Below, piece after piece: positions 50,503-63,233 of a stretch of DNA of 64,000 nt. The stretch is from positions 434,001-498,000 of the forward strand of contig OU015570.1 in the NCBI GenBank assembly GCA_907165135.1, in the 5' to 3' direction. This stretch comes from Oikopleura dioica. Taxonomy: Eukaryota; Animalia; Chordata. How positions within the stretch are numbered: position 1 is the first letter of the stretch; each line of letters opens with the position of its first letter. The translations under genes and the position numbers were made by a program. The notes under the pieces are model-generated. The model ran no database searches and was not told the origin of the DNA. It saw only the letters and a list, made by a program, of their open reading frames with translations.

Positions 50503-53500
50503 AAGCCCCTTAAATTAAAAAATCAAGAATCGGGGCTGAGACGGCCCTTCGGGCCGTCAAGCCCCTTAAATTAAAAATCAAGAATCGGGGCTGAGACGGC
50601 CCTTCGGGCCGTCAAGCCCCTTAAATTAAAAATCAAGAATCGGGGCTGAGACGGCCCTTCGGGCCGTCAAGCCCTTAAATTAAAAATCAAGAATCGGGGC
50701 TGAGACGGCCCTTCGGGCCGTCAAGCCCCTTAAATTAAAAATCAAGAATCGGGGCTGAGACGGCCCTTCGGGCCGTCAAGCCCCTTAAATTAAAAATCAA
50801 GAATCGGGGCTGAGACGGCCCTTCGGGCCGTCAAGCCCCTTAAATTAAAAATCAAGAATCGGGGCTGAGACGGCCCTTCGGGCCGTCAAGCCCCTTAAAT
50901 TAAAATCAAGAATCGGGGCTGAGACGGCCCTTCGGGCCGTCAAGCCCCTTAAATTAAAAATCAAGAATCGGGGCTGAGACGGCCCTTCGGGCCGTCAAGC
51001 CCCTAAATTAAAATCAAGAATCGGGGCTGAGACGGCCCTTCGGGCCGTCAAGCCCCTTAAATTAAAAATCAAGAATCGGGGCTGAGACGGCCCTTCGGGC
51101 CGTCAAGCCCCTTAAATTAAAATCAAGAATCGGGGCTGAGACGGCCCTTCGGGCCGTCAAGCCCCTTAAATTAAAATCAAGAATCGGGGCTGAGACGGCC
51201 CTTCGGGCCGTCAAGCCCCTTAAATTAAAATCAAGAATCGGGGCTGAGACGGCCCTTCGGGCCGTCAAGCCCCTTAAATTAAAAATCAAGAATCGGGGCT
51301 GAGACGGCCCTTCGGGCCGTCAAGCCCCTTAAATTAAAAATCAAGAATCGGGGCTGAGACGGCCCTTCGGGCCGTCAAGCCCCTTAAATTAAAAATCAAG
51401 AATCGGGGCTGAGACGGCCCTTCGGGCCGTCAAGCCCTTAAATTAAAAATCAAGAATCGGGGCTGAGACGGCCCTTCGGGCCGTCAAGCCCCTTAAATTA
51501 AAATCAAGAATCGGGGCTGAGACGGCCCTTCGGGCCGTCAAGCCCTTAAATTAAAAATCAAGAATCGGGGCTGAGACGGCCCTTCGGGCCGTCAAGCCCC
51601 TTAAATTAAAAATCAAGAATCGGGGCTGAGACGGCCCTTCGGGCCGTCAAGCCCTTAAATTAAAAATCAAGAATCGGGGCTGAGACGGCCCTTCGGGCCG
51701 TCAAGCCCCTAAATTAAAATCAAGAATCGGGGCTGAGACGGCCCTTCGGGCCGTCAAGCCCCTTAAATTAAAAAATCAAGAATCGGGGCTGAGACGGCCC
51801 TTCGGGCCGTCAAGCCCCTTAAATTAAAAAATCAAGAATCGGGGCTGAGACGGCCCTTCGGGCCGTCAAGCCCCTTAAATTAAAAAATCAAGAATCGGGG
51901 CTGAGACGGCCCTTCGGGCCGTCAAGCCCCTTAAATTAAAAAATCAAGAATCGGGGCTGAGACGGCCCTTCGGGCCGTCAAGCCCCTTAAATTAAAAAAT
52001 CAAGAATCGGGGCTGAGACGGCCCTTCGGGCCGTCAAGCCCCTTAAATTAAAAATCAAGAATCGGGGCTGAGACGGCCCTTCGGGCCGTCAAGCCCCTTA
52101 AATTAAAATCAAGAATCGGGGCTGAGACGGCCCTTCGGGCCGTCAAGCCCCTTAAATTAAAAATCAAGAATCGGGGCTGAGACGGCCCTTCGGGCCGTCA
52201 AGCCCTTAAATTAAAATCAAGAATCGGGGCTGAGACGGCCCTTCGGGCCGTCAAGCCCCTTAAATTAAAAATCAAGAATCGGGGCTGAGACGGCCCTTCG
52301 GGCCGTCAAGCCCCTTAAATTAAAATCAAGAATCGGGGCTGAGACGGCCCTTCGGGCCGTCAAGCCCCTTAAATTAAAAATCAAGAATCGGGGCTGAGAC
52401 GGCCCTTCGGGCCGTCAAGCCCCTTAAATTAAAAATCAAGAATCGGGGCTGAGACGGCCCTTCGCGCCGTCAAGCCCCTTAAATTAAAAATCAAGAATCG
52501 GGGCTGAGACGGCCCTTCGGGCCGTCAAGCCCCTTAAATTAAAAATCAAGAATCGGGGCTGAGACGGCCCTTCGGGCCGTCAAGCCCTTAAATTAAAAAT
52601 CAAGAATCGGGGCTGAGACGGCCCTTCGGGCCGTCAAGCCCCTTAAATTAAAAATCAAGAATCGGGGCTGAGACGGCCCTTCGGGCCGTCAAGCCCCTTA
52701 AATTAAAAATCAAGAATCGGGGCTGAGACGGCCCTTCGGGCCGTCAAGCCCCTTAAATTAAAATCAAGAATCGGGGCTGAGACGGCCCTTCGGGCCGTCA
52801 AGCCCTTAAATTAAAAATCAAGAATCGGGGCTGAGACGGCCCTTCGGGCCGTCAAGCCCCTTAAATTAAAAATCAAGAATCGGGGCTGAGACGGCCCTTC
52901 GGGCCGTCAAGCCCCTTAAATTAAAATCAAGAATCGGGGCTGAGACGGCCCTTCGGGCCGTCAAGCCCCTTAAATTAAAAATCAAGAATCGGGGCTGAGA
53001 CGGCCCTTCGGGCCGTCAAGCCCTTAAATTAAAAATCAAGAATCGGGGCTGAGACGGCCCTTCGGGCCGTCAAGCCCTTAAATTAAAAATCAAGAATCGG
53101 GGCTGAGACGGCCCTTCGGGCCGTCAAGCCCCTTAAATTAAAAATCAAGAATCGGGGCTGAGACGGCCCTTCGGGCCGTCAAGCCCCTTAAATTAAAATC
53201 AAGAATCGGGGCTGAGACGGCCCTTCGGGCCGTCAAGCCCCTTAAATTAAAAATCAAGAATCGGGGCTGAGACGGCCCTTCGGGCCGTCAAGCCCCTTAA
53301 ATTAAAAATCAAGAATCGGGGCTGAGACGGCTCTTCGGGCCGTCAAGCCCCTTAAATTAAAAATCAAGAATCGGGGCTGAGACGGCCCTTCGGGCCGTCA
53401 AGCCCTTAAATTAAAAATCAAGAATCGGGGCTGAGACGGCCCTTCGGGCCGTCAAGCCCCTTAAATTAAAAATCAAGAATCGGGGCTGAGACGGCCCTTC

Positions 53501-53717
53501 GGGCCGTCAAGCCCCTTAAATTAAAAATCAAGAATCGGGGCTGAGACGGCCCTTCGGGCCGTCAAGCCCCTTAAATTAAAAATCAAGAATCGGGGCTGAG
53601 ACGGCTCTTCGGGCCGTCAAGCCCCTTAAATTAAAAATCAAGAATCGGGGCTGAGACGGCCCTTCGGGCCGTCAAGCCCCTTAAATTAAAAATCAAGAAT
53701 CGGGGCTGAGACGGCCC
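50503..53717. repeat. Tandem array of about 58 units of 54-56 bp derived from family E termini
   Basis: Unit GGGCCGTCAAGCCCCTTAAATTAAAAATCAAGAATCGGGGCTGAGACGGCCC + TTC; continuous with a family E body at about 50437-50502. Confidence 0.97.
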
Positions 53718-54762
53718 GAAGCTCAACTGCCTAAAAGGTCTGCTCAGCTCAGCTCAATGACCTCTTAAAATGGCCAGCTCAGCTCAGCTCAGAGAAATTC
53801 TCACTCATGGCACTTCCGCTCGGCTCAGCAAAGATAAAGCCAAATTTGCAACTCTGGTGGGAGCTCGGAGCTGAGATTTTTGAAAATTTCGAATTTTGAT
53901 CTTAATCCTGGGTTAATCGATTTCTATCTGGGCTTTTCCAACGGCTATCCAATCTTGGGGAAGTCATGATCGACATTCGAGTAGCATGATATCATATCAT
54001 TGATATGCAACTGAAAAGCCGAGACTGAGGTCTGAGAAGCTAGGATTCAAGTAAGTGACGCTTGGATCGGCATAAAGAAGCCGAAATCGACGCTGGAGAT
54101 GCAATAATTGACGTTTGAGTCACCAGGATTGACGTCTGAAAAGCTCTGATCGAAGTTGTTGAGGCCGGGATTGAAGTTGATGAAGCCGGGACTGACTGTG
54201 GAGAAGCCAATAAAAACAGTTTTATGGTCTATCATTGATTGACAATCAATCTAAATTAATTCACATCGCCGTTTGCCCAAGGCGACTTTTTTGTTTATAA
54301 TAAGATGATAAACGGTAAATCAATAGAGCCAGCATAAATATGCAGAAAAAACTGCACAAGAAAATGTCTTTTTACTAATTTAAATTTATCAAAGAAGAGT
54401 TCCTAATTAGCAAAGGAAGATTTTTGCATTCCTAGAGCGCGCTGCTCCTTAGCGCCCCCACAAGGCCGACCCTCAAGTCAATTTTTCCCCTGCTTCGAGA
54501 ATGTTACGTCATTCCGAGTAATAACCACACCGCAGGCCCAAGTGAAAGTGCGCCTGAATTTTTAGCGCACCGCCCCGCGAGTGAAATCGCAACGGTATAA
54601 TATAGATTAAAAACTTTTAAATTTGCCGATTTTCCCACTATGCACCCGCTAGATATTAGTAAAGGCTCTTTCAAATTCTTTAGTGAAGGAACAAGAAAAT
54701 TAGTTTCAAGAAAAATTCGAGGATTTTTGAGAGGAAAGAAGAGATATATATTTAGGCATAAC

Positions 54763-55923
54763 TAGGGTTCGCGCCCAAAAACTATCTTTTGATAGACAAA
54801 TCGTATTATTCCCAAATTTTTACAGGTGGAATAGATCTGTTTATTAAATAAAAAACATATTTTCGAGAAAAAAACAATAAAAGGGTTGAAGAGATATAGG
54901 CAAATTTATGTTGAAAAACCATGTTAGTCAAATGCTTCCAAGAAATTTTTTTGAAATATATATAATTTCGACTAAGAACAACAGAAATCCGTCGAAAAAT
55001 TATGGGAAACAGATGACTAACATACTGTAATTTACAATTGAAAGACATTTTTGGACCTATTTTGCGCGTTGAGCAGCGCACAGCGCCGCGTTCGCCCCCA
55101 GGGCGCGGCTAGGGTGGACACCACCGAAACAACAGAGAAATTCTTTCTTTTCGAAGAAAGATTCGTAAAAATAAATATTGAAAAAAGTAATAGATTTAAA
55201 TAAAGTTTCTGATAAAAATAAAACTAAAATTTTATTTTGAATGAAAAATTTCTCTAGTCTTCTTTTAAAAAATGGGATGGCCTTCCCTGGCTTTTAAATT
55301 TAAATGGGCTTGACAAAGGCGGCTGAGATGATCAATCTTAGTTTTGTCCCCATCCCCTCCCACTCCCTTTTCTTAATTTGTTTTTATTTACCCGTTTTTA
55401 GTTATTATTATGGTTTTTATCATCTATCAATTTCTATTGATTTTAGGAATTTTTCAATTATATACGGTTAATTTATTTGAATTAAGTAATTTATCTTTTA
55501 TTTATTTTGATAAAATCGAAGGGTGAAAATATTTTGGCGGAATCGGATAGAATTTTGTGTGGCCACCCTCTATCATGCGCGATTCCGCGTGCGCGCACAT
55601 GATTACGTAACAGAAAAATATTGCCAAAAAGGTAGTTTTTGTAAATTTTAGGGAAACTATAGATGCTTCCCAAAATTTTTCTTCAATTATTGATCAGAAA
55701 AGTCTGCTGATCATCCTGCTTTTTGAAATTTTAAATTTTTGGGTTGACTAACATGCTCAACCCATTTTTCGCCATTTTTGGACCTCATTTTCTCTTCAAC
55801 CCTTTTATATTTAGAAAATTTTCAAAAGAATATATTCTTTTTATGCCCTTATCTAAAACATATCTGAAAGTTAGACCGATAGAATAAGTATTTCGGGCAC
55901 TTGATTTTTGGGCGCGAACCCTA
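54763..55923. mobile_element. hAT-type non-autonomous element (TAGGG termini)
   Basis: 19-bp TIR TAGGGTTCGCGCCCAAAAA; 8-bp TSD GGCATAAC (54755-54762, 55924-55931). Another left end at 63564. Confidence 0.9.
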
Positions 55924-56751
55924 GGCATAACGCACAAAAAATCAATATTTTTCCCTGTAATAGATACAACTTTGAAACTTTGGGAGCTACTAAAACACCA
56001 AAAATGACTTTCCAAAATTTTTTGGAAAAAATTTTTGGTACAGTTAAGTTTTGGAAAAAATTCTTTTTATGCATTTTAATTCATCATTTTTTTCCCACTG
56101 TCATCCTAGTTTGATCGTAAATTTTCCAACTTAAGAGCGTTTTGGTCTACCCTTGTCATCTGAAAAACGCTCTAAAGATGGAAAACGACGGTACTTTTTC
56201 ACCCCTTTTCGGACTACTTTTCGAGCAATCCAAGCTACGGGATTCTAAGTTTGCTCATTCGAAAGAGAATAAAAAGGGGTTCCTGGGTGGAACCCCCTTT
56301 TCTTGATGAATCTGAGTCAGTTTTTTACGTTCTCTCGAATAAGCATACTTAGAACCCCGTAGCTTGGAAAAATTGCTCGAAAAATCAATTTTTTGGCTAC
56401 TTTGGGGTACTTTAAAAGTACTTAATTTGAAAATTTTGAAATTATTTTATTTGAATTGTTATCAGAGCATAAAAATCTATAGGATACGTGAAAATCAGCT
56501 TCCTACGACTTTCAGATAAAAAGTCGATTTTTTGTGCGTTATGCCTATGTATATTAGCAGTAGTGCTTTCATACTAACTAAAAAATAAAATTTTCAGAGT
56601 AAGAAATTATCGATTCTTATTTCAGAAAATGTAAGACCACATAAATAAAAATACTCTCTGTAAATCTAAATAATATCGGACGAGCGGTTCCAGAGCTATT
56701 CAAGTTTTCGCTTAAGTGATATTCGAATTAACAATTTTTCCCACTCTCATA

Positions 56752-57329
56752 CGCTGGGTTGCGCAGGTACAGTTTTTTCCTCTTTTGTGGACCCCAAGTT
56801 TGTGGACATTTTTTCCATTTTAAGGCCTTTAAGTGGGACACTTTATAAAAGATGCTGTTCCAAGTTTGTGGACATTTTTTCGCGGAAAGAAATAAAAAAG
56901 ACAATTTTTTTTGTGGTGAGATTAATTCTAGCTAATCAAGATCGAGTTGTTCTTTGTTTACGAAAAAAAACAAAATTAAAGGTTGAACTAGAGACAAAGG
57001 GGCCTTTGTCAGTCTTTCAGGAGCATAAATGCAAAGTCTAGAAAACCATTCGGCGTACTCAAATCTCGAAAAAAAATTTTAATCGATTTCGATGGGACAT
57101 TTTTTCGGAAGACGTTGCCCAAGTTTGTGGACATTTTTCGAAAATTTTGGGACAAAAAATGTCCACAAAAGAGGAAAAGAACTGTACTGTACCCTTAAAG
57201 AGCGGTTAAAGGGTGCACCAGTCACGCAATCATTTTGAGCGAGTCTAGAAACAAAAAATAGAAAAAGTGCGGGCGAAGGGTGCAGCAACGCCTCAATCAC
57301 AAAGGGTGCACTATCTGCGCAACCCACTG
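56752..57329. mobile_element. Tc1/pogo-type MITE (family O) with a second TA-flanked MITE nested at 56770-57184
   Basis: Outer TIR C(A/G)(G/C)TGGGTTGCGCAG; inner TIR CAGTT(C)TTTTCCTCTTTTGTGGAC; TA flanks on both. Confidence 0.75.
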
Positions 57330-57874
57330 TACACGGGGATTCGTCCCCCGAATTAGCGACATCAAGCAAGCAATTTTCTCTTTCTTTTTTGCCTGGAGGA
57401 ACCCTCTTACTGGAAGAATTTAAAGTGAAAGAAGAATTATCTTTTCCGAGGAATTCTACAATTCAGTGAAACCCCAACTAAAGGCCGAGCAACTTTAGGC
57501 CACTTTTTTAAAAAATCCCCGAAATCTGTCATCCGAAAAAAATCCAACTTTTTTTGCAATTTTTATTCACAGTGAGTAAATTGCAGATCCACTTTTAAAT
57601 TAAAAAAACTCGTTATTTTCGGCTGCTTCTTTGGCGATTTGAAGTCGATGTCTTTTCGGCGTCGGCATCTTCTCTCACTTGAACTTGTGGTACTTCTTCA
57701 ACCTCCATCGGAGTTGCAGCTCGTATTTCATCAATTTGATGCGCCAAGAAATGCTGAGACATTTGAAACCTTCGTTTCGATTTAGAATCCAAGATTTTGA
57801 ACCGCTGATCATAAAGTCGAAAAATGTCCGTGTCGGAATGTCTTTTCCATCATGTTTCTTCGAAATAGCCCAAT

Positions 57875-58153
57875 TTTCCCTCAGCTCAGCTCAGACAATT
57901 ATTTTCGAACATGATCTGTTCTGCTCAGCTCAGCTCAGCTCAGACGATTATCACTTAGCTTAGCTCAGCTCACTGATTTGAATACAATTTTACTACCAAA
58001 AAACAGTAAAAAAAAGCTCAGCTCAGCTCAATCAGCTCAGCTTAGCTCTAATTAGGGTCCGCTCAGCTCAGCTCAGAAACCTCCAAAATAGGCCAACTCA
58101 GCTCAGCTCAGAGAATTTTTTTCTCGGGTCTGCTCAGCTCAGCTCAGAAAAAT
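57875..58153. repeat. GCTCA-repeat end of a hAT-type MITE (AATTTGCAACTCTG terminus)
   Basis: Tandem AGCTC repeats; same terminus near 53855 and the opposite end near 61487. Confidence 0.65.
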
Positions 58154-58367
58154 TAATCAAAATTTGCAACTCTGTTAATAATTAAGAATAAAATTTTATT
58201 TATTTAATTTATTGTTTATTGAATTTTTCAATTTATTTTATATTCAAGTTTAATTTTTATGACATCTTTAATATTTTTACGTAATAACACCACCACCAGG
58301 GCAAAACACACCGGTTTATCATTTTTTTAATTGGTGGTTGAAGAGTGTTCAATATATTATCACGTTT

Positions 58368-58407
58368 ATTGCAGAAGCTTTTCGCCTTACGGCATCATCA
58401 GTGCTAT
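58368..58407 (-). ncRNA. Minimal hammerhead ribozyme (PLE-3 inverted pLTR)
   Basis: Reverse complement of 61268-61307. Confidence 0.85.
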
Positions 58408-58629
58408 GGAAAGTTAGGAACAGACAGAAAACAAAAAAGCAGTTACCTTTGGAGATGCAAAGTTGTATCTGACTAAACCACGAAAACAAACGCCAAAATC
58501 CATCCCATTCTAGAGAATTTGTTTTTAAAAAAAACAATAACATGCGAAAAAGTGTTGACAATGAGACAGGGGCAACCTATGAAGTGCATAAATAAATAAA
58601 TAAAATTTGACCGACGAACCCAGAAGCTT

Positions 58630-61057
58630 ATGAAACAGCGATTTACGAAAGTACACCGCAACCAGAAACATTTGCAGTTCTTAACTGAATGCAAAGAAAA
58701 TAACCTGCTACCACGATGCACGTACATTCCCTCCTCCGTTCTACAGTACACGAAATGGAACAAGTCGAAAATTCTAAAAGAACGCCGACGAATCCTGGAC
58801 GAAAAAATCAGGTCAGCTGAAAATAATCTACTTTTGGTTAATAATAAGTTTCAAAAACAATTTGCGCAAGCATGTTCTAGAAACAATTTTTTTGCAACTG
58901 ATATTTCTAATCTTAAAAATTTAATCATTTCTCGTGTTAATAATATTGAACAATCCCGTGACAAAATACGATCTGAAAAACTTGCTAAACTTCATAAATT
59001 TTCAAAACTGGAATCTTCAAAATTTACTATTTTGAACTTTACCAAGATCAAACCACTTGAATCCGTTCTATCAATTTTATCACAGGGGACAAAATTTCCG
59101 CGAGGCGGTCGGCCTCATTCTATCAAATTAATGGGTAGTTTTGATTCATTCCTAACCAAATGGAACAAGCATTTAGAAAACACTGGCGTTAATCCGATCA
59201 CCCGCTTTCATTTGGAAGGACATGCAATAAGAATTCATGAATCACTTACAAAATGTTTTTCGAATGATAATTCAGCAAAAATTATTCGCGATTTTCAAGC
59301 GAAAAATCCTGACATTTTAATTTGCCTAGCTGACAAAGAAAACAAAATAATTTTATTTAATAAATCTAAATATTTCGATCTCTTACTTCAGGAGTTCTCT
59401 GGAGAAAATTTTGAAAAATTGAAATCAAATCCTCTTGACCAAGATTTAAACGATTTTCGAGCAATGCTTCGACTTGTTGATAAATATGTGAATAAACATA
59501 GTTTCCGGCTCCAAATGCAACCACAAGCTCAGTTAAAAACCTCTTATGGCCTTTTCAAAACGCATAAAGATAATTTTTCAGAGGAATTTCCTATTCGACC
59601 AATCGTCAATCAAATGAGCACTATCGGTACAAATTTATCAACAAAATTTTTGATGCCTATTTTTGAAAAATTTCCGAAAGGATTCGGCATACAATCAAGT
59701 TTAGAATTTGCAAATTGGTTTAAAACTACTGATTTACCAGTTGATAAAATCGAAATTTTTCCTTAGACGTAAAAAAGCTTTTTCCTTCTGTTTGCACAGA
59801 AACACTTATTGATTTTTGCATTGAAGAAATTTATACTCGTAATCGTGCGGTAAAAATTCTCCCAAGATATCGTGAAAATGGTAAACTTTTGCCACCTATT
59901 CCGAAACATTTACTCAAAAAAATTCTCACTCAAACTCTTACGCATTTTACTGCGGTAGAAGTTAACGGGAATTTTTTCAGACAACGAACCGGGTTATCAA
60001 TGGGTGATGTGACAAGTCCTGTTCTTGCAAATTATTTTTTACATCGCATTGAGAATGAAGAGATAAATAAAATGAAGTCCGAAGGGCTCCTTTTGAATTA
60101 TTTCAGATATTGTGATGATTGTCTTATTTTTGCACCAAAAGGATCTCAAGACAAAATCATACAACGATTTAAAATTTTTCATCCTTCCATTATTTATGAG
60201 CTCAATTTACCTCAAAATAAGGAATTAAAATTTTTGGATTTTGTATTTATGAAAGTGAAAAAAGTAACAAATTCGAAATAAAAAGCTCAAAAAAAGAATC
60301 AGTGACAATGCATTCAAAAAAAGCAGTCGCACCAAAAAACATGAAAATTGGGATTCTCAAATCTGAATTTTTTAGAGCAAAAATTCGAAATTCTGAGACA
60401 GAACAGCTTGACAAAGCCTATGATGATCTCTCGAAAAAGTTTGAATCATTAGGATATACATCAAAAATAATCTCATCAGCAAAGGCTCATGTTCAAGAGA
60501 ATAATATTTCCGAAAATCGAAAAAATTGGGCAGACGAAATCACTGAAAATCCTGATCGAAATCATTGTTTGCCGATCCCTTATACTAGCGAAAGAGTTTC
60601 TAAAGTCGCAAACGATTTGAAAAAACTCGTTAAATCGGTCACACCAGAATTTAATTTAAGAATTTCCCACAAAATACTCAATATTAGGAATACTATTATT
60701 TCGAATCTTTACAGTGTAAAAGATCCTCTTTCAGCAGTAAACGCTATTTATGAATTTTCTTGTTGCTGTTCGTCCAGATACATAGGAGAAACGATTAACG
60801 TCAGAGCCAGAATAAATCAGCATTTTACACCCTCTCATAAGGGTAAACCGTACTTGCATATAACTGAATGCGAGAAGTACCAGAAGGAAATGAATGAATC
60901 GGGACTTGACCCGAAAAGTTTTTTCCAATCAAGGTTCAAAATTCTTGAGCGAAATTTAGCTCTTCGTGAGCGTAAGAAACTAGAAGCGGTCCATATTGTT
61001 CTTAAAAGACCGGATTTAAACATTCAAGTTCTTCATAAAAATATAAATTTTGCGTAG
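58630..61057 (+). pseudogene. PLE-3 RT / GIY-YIG ORF with two 1-nt frameshifts (about 59760 and 60246)
   Basis: HLQFLTEC..P; KTHK...RPIV; SLDVKKLFPSV (across the shift); SMGDVTSPVLAN; RYCDD; FLD; AIYEFSCCCSSRYIGET...QH. Confidence 0.9.
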
Positions 61058-61267
61058 GGTTTTGATAGAGACAGGGGTTTTTTATGCGCTTCATAGGTTG
61101 CCCCTGTCTCATTGTCAACACTTTTTCGCATGTTATTGTTTTTTTTTTAAAAACAAATTCTCTAGAATGGGATGGATTTTGGCGTTTGTTTTCGTGGTTT
61201 AGTCAGATACAACTTTGCATCTCCAAAGGTAACTGCTTTTTTGTTTTCTGTCTGTTCCTAACTTTCC

Positions 61268-61307
61268 ATAGCACTGATGATGCCGTAAGGCGAAAAGCTT
61301 CTGCAAT
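61268..61307 (+). ncRNA. Minimal type I hammerhead ribozyme (PLE-3 3' pLTR)
   Basis: ATAGCA-CTGATGA-T-GCC GTAA GGC-GAAA-AGCT-TC-TGCAAT; palindromic stem III AAGCTT; UUC cleavage triplet; AATAAA follows. Confidence 0.88.
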
Positions 61308-63233
61308 AAACGTGATAATATATTTTTTTAATTGAGTCTGCTCTAAAGCAAAAGTTAAAAAGAGGTGAGGACTTTTTATAATAGCACAAGAGCGCCGCAG
61401 CGTTGCAAAAAGATTGATACATATATGGATCAATCTTTTTTTTTCGGGGCCATGCATTGAAATTTAACTTGCGCAGATTAAGAATCAGAGTTGCAAATTT
61501 GCTGAGCTGAGTGAGCTGAGCTGGTTGAGTGAAAAAGAGCATTCCTTAATCTTAAAAATAACATCTATGCATGCAGCATGAATCATGCTGTCGCTGGCTT
61601 TGTTACTATAAGTGAACGCAGTCATAGTCTATGAGTCTTAGAAAATGAAAGATAGGCGTAGTCAAGAAAGCGCAGGGTTTAAAAGTATCTTTTCTTTATT
61701 TTCTGATATAAATCGTAAAATAAATACTGACAGTTTTTTTGTGTATTGCTTGAAAAATGTGAAACTTTTAAAGTTGAAAAAAGCTCCAAGATGGTTCGTG
61801 CCCGTCTTAAGTATTTATGCGGATAGGGGTTCATCAAATAAGCTTGTTGTTCTGCTTGAAGAAAATCTAAGAAATACAATGATTTCACGAATTATCATTT
61901 CCGGACATTTTTCAGATACAAGGGAAGAGAACATGATCTTTTGTGTTCTTACTGCACTATTGAGGCAAGAATCGCCCTTATATACTCAGAACAGTAATTG
62001 AACAATCGAATATCTTCTTCAATCAGGGGTCTGGATTTCGGCCAAAAATGAAAAGCGAAAGCGAAAATTTTTCAAAAATTTTAAGCGAAAGCGAAGCGAG
62101 GCGAATCAGAATTTCGAAAGCGAAAGCGAAGCGAAGCGAAAAATTTTTCTAAAAAGGGAAAAAAAGCGAAGCGAAGCGAAAAATTTTTCTAAAAAGCGAA
62201 AAAAGCGAAAATTTTTTAAAAATACGTAACTTTTGAGAAAGTGTTCATTTCAAGTTCGATTTCTTATTTTTTGTGTTTTTCGGACATCCGGTGATACGGC
62301 CTAATTATTCGGCTTGGAGGCCGAAGGATTGATGCGTGTAAAAACACTGATTCTTCAGCAAAAATAGAAGAATAAGTGATAAAAAATGCGCTTTTTTGAG
62401 TTTTTCTCTAGAAAATGTCCTTTTGACTCATACTTTCAATCAAAGGTCTATCAAAAGATTTTCGATAATCGATTCTTGAAAATTTGCCAAAGAATCACTG
62501 TCAATTATATCATAAATCCTTCGGTTCAAGGCAATTCTCAATAAGCCCAAGAATCAGTGTTATTGAAAGCATTAATTCTTCGAAACCTTAAATAAACCTT
62601 AAATTTAATAATCAAGGAACTGGGCTGAGACGGCCTTTTATTTATATTTTAGAAATTTTTGAACTATTTTTTCAAAAAGGGCGATTTTTTGCAAAAATGG
62701 AAATTTTCAAATTGGCCGCATTTCCGTTACCGGGCACTACCGGACGAGGTTACAAACTTTCTTTAGAAAGCATCGTCTGCACTTTTTTGTGGTTGTCTTC
62801 GTTAGGTTGTGGGTCGTTGTGGTTTCGAGTAATTCGACCAAATGTCCGAAACTCGTGGTATTTATCCGAAAAAATCGCTATTCTACCATCAAAAATTTTT
62901 AATTTTTACTTATTTTTATTAGATCTCGTTTTATTAACGTATATGGTCACTTGGTTTCAGCGTTTTTTGAAAACAACACGTTTCCGGCCGAAATCCCACC
63001 AGCGCAACCCCATCCATACACATCGTAGAACATGAAATCGGCGCGGCGCGCCACGCTCGCCCAGCATCCCGCCGTGTCCTACTTTTCAGGATGCCATAAA
63101 ATTCGAACGGATAAAGCTTTTTCCAAAATTTCTTCGACATTAAGATCATCAAAGCCTTAACTTTTCACAAATCAAATACCGAGTATTTCAAGCGTTTGCC
63201 CCCAGAAAATCAAAAGTCGACTTATATCATATA

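Larger units (their letters stand above)
58334..61321 (+). mobile_element. Penelope-like retroelement PLE-3 with inverted 5' pseudo-LTR
   Basis: 58351-58592 is the inverted copy of 61081-61324; candidate 13-bp TSD ATTTTTTTAATTG (58321-58333, 61322-61334). Confidence 0.92.

Noticed and set aside
51062-51289. ORF with repeated peptide LRGLTARRAVSAPILDF
   Set aside because: By-product of consecutive 54-bp satellite units.
50503-53717. CRISPR-like array (palindromic repeat with regular spacing)
   Set aside because: The inter-palindrome sequence is the same in every unit, so there are no unique spacers; no cas genes; eukaryotic TE context.
59750-60260. Programmed frameshifting in the Penelope ORFs
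   Set aside because: Penelope elements use a single ORF; the shifts fall inside conserved RT motifs at homopolymer runs, consistent with mutation or consensus error.
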